Shown: one piece after another, positions 41,090-64,000 of the stretch
Position numbering within the stretch: the first letter of the stretch is position 1
How the letters are laid out: each line of letters opens with the position of its first letter
Source: Trichoplax adhaerens
Taxonomy: Eukaryota; Animalia; Placozoa
DNA: 64,000 bases
Direction: 5' to 3'
Assembly (NCBI RefSeq): GCF_000150275.1
Contig: NW_002060943.1
Location: 7,324,066 to 7,388,065 of the forward strand
Notes under the pieces: generated by a model
Database searches by the model: none
What the model was told of the DNA's origin: nothing
Seen by the model: the letters and a program-made list of their open reading frames with translations, nothing else
Translations under genes and position numbers: made by a program

Positions 41090-44000
41090 CTATTGTAAAT
41101 TTTCCAAAATAACAGCTATTCCTTGACCACCACCGATGCAGGCCGACCCGATCGCATACTTTGCACTTCTTCTCTTTAACTCGTAGATTAGGTGTCCAGC
41201 AATGCGAGCACCAGAGGCACCCACAGGGTGACCAAGGGAAATAGCACCACCATTTACGTTAGTAATTTCAGGATTTAAATCCAATTCTTTCATTACTGCA
41301 AGCGCTTGAGGAGCAAAGGCCTCATTAACCTGTATTGAATGAAGAAGACGTCTAGTCAAAAATCTATAACATTGCAAAATTTCGCTATCATCCGTAATAC
41401 TCGTGTGCTAATTTTAATAGTTGCGTGAATCAGTTAAAACAGTAAACGGACATAAAGAACATTGATGCGGTAAGCTAGACTATTTGAGATGAACTAGACG
41501 TGCCAACCTGTACAATAGTACAAATTTATGCGCGTTTAAAGTGTTTAGTTGCACCGATAGCGTAAAATTAAATTCCGAGATTGATCTGTAGTGAAACTTA
41601 ACATAGATCCTTGGTAATTAAACTTTAAATAGTACACATGCTAGAAATAATTCATTTACTCCTTTAAGAAATTATTATGATTGCAAGTGTATTTTCCAAC
41701 CTCAACCAATGACATATCGTTCAGGCTCAAACCAGATTTACTTAATGCAGATTTGATTGCTGGAACAGGTCCAATTCCCATTACACGAGGATCAACACCA
41801 GCTATACCGTAAGCGACAAGTCGAGCTAAAGGAGTTAAATTGTGATCTTTAACTGCTTGTTCGCTGGCTAATATCACAGCTGCTGCACCATCACAGATCC
41901 CCTAATAAATTTTAAATATTCACGATACAATTAAATATGGACTTCAATAACGATACAAGTTGTAACCATTTAAACTTTATATTGATCAGGCTTACGGTCA
42001 ATCAATAAATGCATAACTGCTAATACTTATAGAATGATAATTATACATTGCTAACTGTTTCTATAATAATACAGGTCGTAACTCGTAAGCCGTCATTAAT
42101 GCTTCATAATGATTAACGCCAATTTATGAATTCATATCACTGTAAATAACTATTAAATGACGTTTGTAGACCCATCTGTAAACAACCGTCATTACTAACG
42201 CACCCTAATAGGCGTGTACGAGTATTAAACGTAATAGGCATTTTTGCATCATACGTAGAAATACTTCAGCAATTATATATCTTCAAGGATGATACTTTAC
42301 AAATTATTTTTACAAATTTTAAGGCACAAAACTGTGAAATGATATCAAGCTGTTTGTCATAATTTATAAGGTCTATATCATTCTACATTTTACATGTAAT
42401 CTTTTAACCATAATTAAATTTAGATATGGATTAGCTCTGTAGTCTTACAGATGCATTGCCAGCATTCACTGTTCCACCCTTTTTAAAAACTGGTGGCAGT
42501 TTAGCCAACTTTTCCACTGAAGTCATACGAGGATGCTCATCGGTATCGAAGTTTTCCGGCCCTTTTTTACCTTTAATAGACATGGGTTCAATTTCGTCTT
42601 TGAATTTTCCATCTTTGTTTGCTGTATCAAGTGCGATGGCGTACCATGATAAATAAAGCACGGAAAAATCGTTTCATGAGTTTTCAGCGAAATACAATTT
42701 TAACCATTACGTCAAATACTTTTATAATAATTTAATATTTTTTATGTTATAGGGACTATATTTACAGTATAAAGTAATCATGTTGCAGAGTAAAACTTGC
42801 ATCGTAATATCATGTTTGATTGGCTAATAATATGACAGCTAATCGGATTATCGATATTTATTTAACAAACTGATTACTGTATAGTAATTACTGATAGTAA
42901 AGTTTGAATGATTTCTAGCAATTCATTAGTACAACACGCATGAAACATTACAAATGGTATCATTTTAAGTACCTTCAAACCAGCGTGTCTGCGATTGTAC
43001 CGCAAACTGATTACATTCCTCCCCACTAATGCTATATTTTTCAGCTAACGTTTCTGCAGTTATACCCATAGGAGTTTTTATGTAATTGTCTGTCAGCGTT
43101 TGCCATAATGTATCCTCCAGCTAGGTCCAGTAGTATTAAATATAAACATGACAGTCAGTGCAGTATCATTTACCATTTACTTTGTCAGTCAGTATAATGA
43201 TGCCAACCCCCATGCAGCGACAAAATGAGTGTCCAACAATCTACCAACATCTAGACGTACATGCAAAAGCCTATCACATTGCATTAGCAGAATACTAACC
43301 TGCGGGCTGACACCAAGAGGGATTCCAAATCTTGTACCTCTGACCGCGTATGGAGCTTGGCTCATACTTTCAGCACCAGCCGTTAATACGATCTTAGAGT
43401 CACCAATTTGTATCTCCTGAAAAAGAAAAGGAAATGGATCCAGATGTTAATATCTCAATTGCTAAATTGCTATTTAAAATAATAAATAAAGCCAAGATGA
43501 TTTAAACTGTAGTATACGGAATAGACTTTAAAGTAGAGCTATTTCAATCACCTGGACTCCAGTTACTATCGCCTGGAATCCGGAACCACATAATCTGTTG
43601 ACGGTTAAAGCGGGTGATTCAATCTTAACACCACTCCTTAGTCCAACATGCCTGGCTATGTAAGGTCCATCTGATGAAGTCTAAAACATAATATACGAAT
43701 TTTTTTCGGTTAGTATGTTCATTACACAAAGGGCGGTCGATAAAAGTGCTTGCAATCATTTCCATTGCATGATAGTAAGAAATTTTAGTACTGTCGGACA
43801 TTCACGTATCTTGCAATTGCCCATATGCTAGCTTAAATAACGCGAGGATAGTTGAACAATCAATAAATTCAGATACAATATACAATAGTACAGTTTGGAT
43901 GTATAGAAGTCACTAGCACGATCTATGGGCAGCATGTGCTAATAGGGATTAAAATGCAAGTTTTAAAATAATTTAATAAATTGGAGCTATAGCACAAAGC

Positions 44001-44867
44001 GTAAATGTTTTCACATCCAGCACGATCAAAAGTCAACTACGCACCAGTAATTTAAATGGATTGATTAAACTTATCTGAGCGTACAACACTTGTGGAAATA
44101 ACTGTTTATCACTGTATACAGTATACAGAAATATTGTAGTGCGTACTATCCTTTGCAGTGCCTATACTAGGAAAAGATACGCCTGAACAATCTGACAAAA
44201 ACCATGGATGATGATAATCGGACACTACTGAATGCTTGAGCGTTTTATTGTCGGAATATTGTGTCAATAATTACAGTATGTAATTGTGTGCGTTGGTAGT
44301 AGGTCTGATCATTTCCAATTTTAAATAATTAGGCGTCTAATTGGAGAGGCTACTATATGTAAGTAAAACCTGCCTCCTCTCTTCTAGATTTGTCTCCAAG
44401 CGATTGGTACTAGGATCAAGGTAAGATACAGTTACTGCATGCATACAAGAGTTATTTTACTTTCATGGACCTTGGCATTCATAGTATCTGCAGTACAGCC
44501 TGCATCATTTTATCAAAATAGGAGTTATTATTATTTTTCCATTACTAACTGCAATTGAGCTTGAAGAAGAGAAGAAAATTCAGCGACAGCATCGTTACCA
44601 GTGTGTAAGTATGAATTATAACCATCATCCTATTGCTGCAAGATATGTACTCAAATTTCAATTCAGGCCTACGTATTTATTTACCTGAGCAACGTTTCCA
44701 ACAACAACAGAGTCTACCACCGTAGGATCGACATTGCCGGCTTGCAAAGCTGCCGTTGCAGCCACTACTCCTAAATCTGTTGCGGTGAAATTCTTTAAAG
44801 CACCACCGAAAGTTCCAAAAGCTGTCCGCTTGGCAGCAACAAGATAGACTGGACGAGCAAGTGCCAT
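41090..44867 (-). CDS. ACAA2: Mitochondrial 3-ketoacyl-CoA thiolase
   Basis: [23 protein letters not shown]-terminus, TVNRLCGSG (catalytic Cys), [40 protein letters not shown]. Confidence 0.96.
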
Positions 44868-45568
44868 TTTAACCTGAATTGAAGACCTAAACTGCTTGAT
44901 CGATGAAAGGATGGCGATATGAGCCGAAATGGATACCAGAAATGCGACGGAATGCTTAAAGCCTAGACTGATAGAGAGTGTCTACTGTGTAAATTGATTG
45001 TCACCCCTGATTCCATCTGAAAGGTCATCACGAGGCTAGATGATGACAAGTATTAACCCAAAAGAGGCTGGAAAAGATTACTAAGTGTGACATATCATTT
45101 TGCACAGTAAACTAGAGCTGTACAGTACTGTACTTTACCGTATGATACTATAGTGTACCGTACGCTTCATCGTTGTATAGGTAAATCTATCAGGTAACAA
45201 ACTGTGTTTACTCTGATAATACTGGTCATTTATCCTAATCCATTACTATACTATTCCTTATACACCGGATGAACGTTTCCATCCAGTAGCTACAAATTGA
45301 ACCGATTTACCTCCAATAAGTTATCCGCAATGTCTATTGGTAAATCCATTTTTAATTATTTATTTCCAGAACTGATGCAATATAACCTTTTCTTACATAA
45401 CAACAGCTCTTTGTTATGCTCAAATCCTTCTTTACTTAATGTATAATAGTATAGGGGAAAGCATTACATATCAACGTCACTGCAAACTGTAGCATGTTTA
45501 GAAGTTGATATTATTATTTATTTATACACTGTATTTCAATTTTGGACCCCAGCTACACTACCTAACGA

Positions 45569-46732
45569 ATCGATTGCATTGATTTATGCAGAAAGTTCTT
45601 TCGTCTAATCTACTATTTATCGATATGTAACTGTAGGAAATTCTCCACTCTAAGCTGTTGACTCAATATTAATCACTCGATCAGCTTGAAAACATTCAGA
45701 AAATTAGCTATGACACTTGCAGTCCTAGCTCATGGCTTTAAATACCTCTATGCGAGATAGTTTCGTATGCAGAATAATCAACTAGTAGTGATCCATCTCG
45801 ATAAATTACTACCAGATGCATCGATTGCATTGATTTATGCGGAGAGTAGGTCAGCTTGAAAACATCAAGAATATTAGCTATGATACTTGCAGTCCTAGCT
45901 CATAGCTTTAAACATCTCTATGCGAGATAGCTTCGTATGCACAATAATCAACTAGTAGTGATCCATTTCGATAAATTACTACCCGATGTATCAATTGTAT
46001 TGACTTATGCAGAAAGTTCTTTCGTCTAGTCTACTATTTATCGATATGTAACAGTAGGAAATTCTCCACTCTAAGCTGTTGAGTCGATATTAATCACTCG
46101 ATCAGCTTGAAACAACAAGAATATTAGCTATGATACCTGTAGTCCTAGATCATAGCTTTAAACACCTCTATGCGAGATAGTTTCTTATGTAGAATAATCA
46201 ACTAGTATTGATCCATCTCGATAAATTACTACCCGATGCATCGATTGCATTGACTTATGCAGAAAGTTCTTTCGTCTAATCTATTATTTATCGATATGTA
46301 ACAGTAGGAAATTTCCACTCTTAGCTGTTGAGTCGATATTAATCACTCGATCAGCTTGAAACATCAAGAATATTAGCTATGATACTTGTAGTCCTAGCTC
46401 ATAGCTTTAAACACCTCTATGCTCTATGAGATAGTTTCGAATGTAGAATAATCGACTAGTAGTGATTCATCTCGATAAATTACTACCCGATGTATCGATT
46501 GCATTGACTTATGCAGAAAGTTCTTGCGTCTAATCTACTATTAATCGATATGTAACTGTAGGAAATTCTCCACTCTAAGCTGTTGAGTCGATATTAATCA
46601 CTCAATCAGCTTGAAAACATCAAGAATATTAGCTATGATACTTGTAGTCCTAGCTCATAGCTTTTAACACCTCTATACGAGATAGACTCGTATGCAGAAT
46701 AATCGACTAGCAGTGATCCATCTCGACAAATT
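45569..46732. repeat. ~250-bp tandem repeat, 5 copies (copy 2 has an ~80-bp deletion)
   Basis: ATC(G/A)ATTG(C/T)ATTGA(T/C)TTATGC at about 45569, 45820, 45990, 46240 and 46494. Confidence 0.95.
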
Positions 46733-47076
46733 AATCCACACAATTGACATGTAGCAATAGGAATGTAGATTACTACATCATGCAAATATACATACGCAAA
46801 TTCAATAAATCATAATGAGGTTAAAAATTCTATTTTCTATCAATATTCTGTCTATAGAGCTATCAGAGTACAAGGTGGTACTTTACTACATCAGAAGCAG
46901 TAGCATAATTGAACATACAGGTATAAGAGTATTCCAACGTTATAAACGGTGCAATTCTAGTCAGTTACAGTACTGTAGTGATATCTTTTGACGGCATAAT
47001 CGTCATATAAAGTACAGCACTAGGTGACGTAAAAGATTCGCTTGTACTTAATAAAGTAATTATAGATAACGGACAG

Positions 47077-47478
47077 GATGAAATGGTGTATTTTATCGGC
47101 TAAAAACCTATTCGTTCTATACTCGTAAACTGAAATTTATAACGAGGAATTAAAACTACCAAGAAGGAAATTGTACACTATCAGCCTACTATTCTCCCAG
47201 ATATCTATCGATAGTGCAACTCAAAATAGTGATAACTACCTACCGCCAAGAGATCACAGTAAACTATTAGCTTCAGCTTTAGCGATGATGAAATGGTGTA
47301 TTTAAGCAGTTAAAAGCCCACTCATTATACGCGTATAAACCGAAATTTGTAAGAAGGGATTAAAACTGCTAAGAAGGAATTGTACACTATAAGCCTACTG
47401 TCTTCTCCGATATCTACCGACAATACAATTCAAAATACTGACTATTACCTACCGCCAAGAGGTCACAGTAAACTATCA
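47077..47478. repeat. Two-copy ~210-bp degenerate tandem duplication
   Basis: GATGAAATGGTGTATTT...AAGAAGGAA.TTGTACACTAT.AGCCTACT...TACCTACCGCCAAGAG.TCACAGTAAACTAT twice. Confidence 0.9.
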
Positions 47479-47573
47479 ACCCAAACTTTAAAGATAAATT
47501 AGCCAATTTTATACCGTAGCTACATAAATATTAATGATACAGTAAGTGTACATTTATCTATGCAAATACGTAT

Positions 47574-50400
47574 CTATGAAATACTAAATAACGGCATTAT
47601 CAGTAAATATCTAATTATGCTATCTATCAAAACTAAGAGAACAATTTCTTTGCGAAAGTGATATTCATGCAGGAATATGAATATACAATGTGAAATTGTT
47701 TTAACATCTAATCGGTGCAGCACTATATATATAGTATGAAGCCCACAATCTCTAATTGTAAGAATAAAAAGATACTCTAATCGGTAATATATTTTATGCA
47801 TAAGAGAATCAATATTAGAATCACCTTTTACAGCATATAGTATTGAATCGTTACCGTAACAGTAAATTACATTAATCTGTATATCGTTAATGCTTTGGCA
47901 GTGGATATAGTACACTTATTAAAGGATCTAATTGTATTTCATTTAAAATTTTATTTTACTTGTAATCTATTATAAAGACTTAAGATAAACTGATACATTA
48001 CTTCTGCCTAGCAAGTTGCAACAACGATTTGAACTTCTGCATCGATTGGAAGTTAAAGAAATCAATACGATAGGCATCCCATAAATTTAAGGAGGCTTGT
48101 AATATTAGAGAAGGTCGTGAAGATGATTCCATTAGTAAAGATTGATAAAAAATTGAAATAAAAATAGAAGGCACCTTATCGGTGAGAGATTGGCGTGATA
48201 GCAGCAAGATATTATTAGGAATAAAATGAGAAATTATGCGTATTCAGTCAATTTTATCTGAGAAATCAATAGGAGTTTGTGAAGAGACCATTGGCGCTAA
48301 TCATTTCTCTCGCTCATAACTAGCAATTATGAAAGACGAAAACCGAAAACAAATCAAGATAAGGGATAAGCATCGATTAGCTTAGCTGTTAATAATATCC
48401 ATCTTGGTATATATGAATAATTAATCATTAACGTTTTTAATTAAAGTTTATAAGAAGTGATGGTGCTAATAATTTATCGTACTTAATAACCATTCACTAA
48501 CTGTCAATAAATACTATAGCAGCCTGGTAAATATTAAATTCTGATAGCTAAAGATATACAGGATTCAGAATGAAATTGATAGCTTACTATTCTCCACTAA
48601 ATTTAAAGATCAATCGTTAAATAATAACACGCAGTAGAGATTCTAATTTCCAATCACACTACTAATTAATTCTAAATGAACGAATTTTTTATACATCTAA
48701 AGTTGGCCCTAAAAAGTTACCGCATGATGGTAAGGATAAACATGAACAGAAACAGAACTAGGAATCGCACGTTAAAAGTGTAGCCGCCTAAAAATCAAAT
48801 ATATTTTAATAAGAATCATTTATAAGAATTAAATAAATAATAAGCTACAGCCATACGCCTAAAATTGATTGTTCAATGCCAAGATATCTCTTTAACACAG
48901 GCATCGTTTTCACATTCTTGTTGATAATGATAATGTAAAGCAATTAGCCGTTTCTTGTAATACTACAGTCAATAATGTGCAATTTGAAACAATGCTAGTT
49001 GTACTTTCTAGATCGGTTATTTGGCAAATAATTTAATATCATTAATCCAACGCTATTATTATGCAATATCTGCTGATGACAGTACAGTAGAGGTATCTGC
49101 ATTTTTACTCTTCATTAATTATGTAATAATGGAGAGATAGAAGGAGAGTAATGTTAAGTTAGTCATTGCATTATTGAAAAATAGACAATTCACGTCATAC
49201 AATAAGTTTTTGTGATGGAAAATACTCACTTTGCTGGATGGTTAAACACAATAAATTCCATTTCTTTAACCAGAAATCGCCAATTGAAAGGATTGATAAT
49301 AATCATCGATATTACAAAATAAAATAGAATAGCTAAGAGTTAATTTCAATGCAGTATCGATATGCTTTGTAAGTCATTGCCATAGCTAAGGAGCATGATC
49401 TATTATAATCTTTAATATCAAAGAAAAAATAGGGAAATCAGACAGCTAGAATTTTTCAATACCCTCGATGACTGCTTATTAATTTACTTGAGAAATAAAC
49501 TATTTCATCTTTCAGCTATTGTCAAATATTTCAAGGAATCGATTGAAGTGAATTAATCGCAACTAGGGGAAAAATAATCCATGACCGCCCAGGGAGTAAA
49601 CTCTGAATTTTTATTCCATCTGGAATTGTAATACAAACATTTTGACATTCTACATTTCAAGGTAAGACAGATTGGTAGCGAAAGATATCGTCATTGCTTT
49701 TAATAGAAGCAATTAGCAAAGTTAACTTGTAACAAAATGAATCCATCACTAGTAACAGACAAAGAAAAATTTTCTATTTTAGCTGTATCGGATGCATTAA
49801 CTGTCAAATAAATATCTTTAACGACTGTACAAAGCTAAGATTAGAAAAATTAATGGAGCATAATTGAGCGATGGAAGGCGAATTTTTGTTTATCAGCAAT
49901 CTAGCCATATTGAAATCATTCTGTGGTTTAAAGATTAATTTAATAAATTAAATTTACACCCATGCGGATGTAGTTTGTTCGCTTTTTTTAAGAATAAGGA
50001 TTAACGCAATTCTGTTTGAAGTAGTGTATGATGAAAGCTATCGATTTATTTTCTACTAACGTAAATGAAAGGATAGTCAGTAGAGTTAGAAGCGAAAGAA
50101 GAATACTCTATCTTAAATCATTTTAATTGCTTATTACTTGTTTACTATACGCTACTCGATCCAATGATATTACTGCAGATGCAATTGATTCCCATTTAAA
50201 CTAGTCTAGATAACTGTATCTATTCGAAATAATGTATTAGAAGAACTTGAAGATGAACGATATATTTTCCTTTTTTCTTACTAACGTTTATGGGAGAAGG
50301 CCCAGTCCAATCAGAAGATTCATAATAACACTCCATCATCAACTATTTTAGTCGCTCGTTAACGAACGACTAAAAGCGTGTTAACTTTACACTACTGTAT
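47574..50400 (-). pseudogene. Probable decayed multi-exon gene of unknown family (possibly death-fold-like)
   Basis: Series of minus-strand AG|...|GT-flanked segments separated by short AT-rich gaps (e.g. 49445-49230 between TTCTAG and GTGAGT, 72 codons; donor GTAATG at 48001) whose coding-like frames carry several in-frame stops and frameshifts. Confidence 0.45.
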
Positions 50401-50730
50401 CCAATAATATTGTCCAATAAAACACAATATCCACATCTAAAAATATTCGATTAGTAATGCAATTGTATCCCTATTTATTTTGAATCATTTCAAAAAGTAG
50501 CCTGCAAGTCTATAGAACGACGCTGGTTCTTTTATTGTCTATCGACTTTTAAACACATCCAGTAATAATACACTTCCTGCAATTTTCTATAATTGGATTA
50601 GTGGTGATAATTTTCAAGTTTCTTTTTCAACACTATGTTCAATAAAGATAATTCATTTAAGCTTGATCATTAAAATGAACCTAATATTGAGGTGGAGAAA
50701 TTTGTTATTATTTTAATAGTGTAAGACGGT

Positions 50731-63840
<13,110 letters not shown>

Positions 63841-64000
63841 TAAGTCAATATTTTATTTTGTATATATTGTCGGTTGTAGAATCGAGATAAATTGCAGAAT
63901 TTTAAGAGAAATCGAAGATAAATATAATAAATTAATGAATTAATTAATTATGCATTGTACTTAAAATTATTTCAGCTTTTTTATTTATGCCGTATCGGAT

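Noticed and set aside
45569-46732. CRISPR-like array
   Set aside because: Whole 250-bp units repeat with no unique spacers; eukaryotic context; no cas genes.
48002-49445. Selenoprotein or stop-readthrough reading of the in-frame TGA codons
   Set aside because: TAA and TAG stops and frameshifts also occur, which fits pseudogene decay; no SECIS recognised.

Overview
Compact, AT-rich, intron-containing eukaryotic (animal) genomic DNA. The short GT-AG introns, dense gene packing, TACAG/CTGTA-rich promoters and basal-metazoan-type proteins suggest a placozoan (Trichoplax-like) genome; this is inference. Eleven protein-coding genes can be read, mostly in alternating orientation: SIAH(+), BRD10/KIAA2026(-), GULO(+), BORA(-), DCAF7(+), PRCP(-), DDX51(-), SLC35G-like(+), LC3/ATG8(+), ACAA2(-) and an ABCC4-like MRP transporter(+, truncated at the window end). 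Family calls rest on motifs recalled from memory, not database searches. Signals the genes do not explain: (i) a palindromic TACAGTACTGTA/pentamer motif clustering at almost every gene 5' end; (ii) about a dozen unrelated local tandem micro-duplications (units about 80-270 bp), one ending inside a GULO exon; (iii) a duplicated 133-bp element with pseudoknot-like pairing potential; (iv) a spliced, stop-riddled minus-strand gene relic, possibly death-fold-like, at 47.5-50.4 kb; (v) a BRD10 bromodomain that keeps canonical acetyl-lysine-binding residues. No CRISPR array, rRNA, tRNA or autonomous transposon was recognised.
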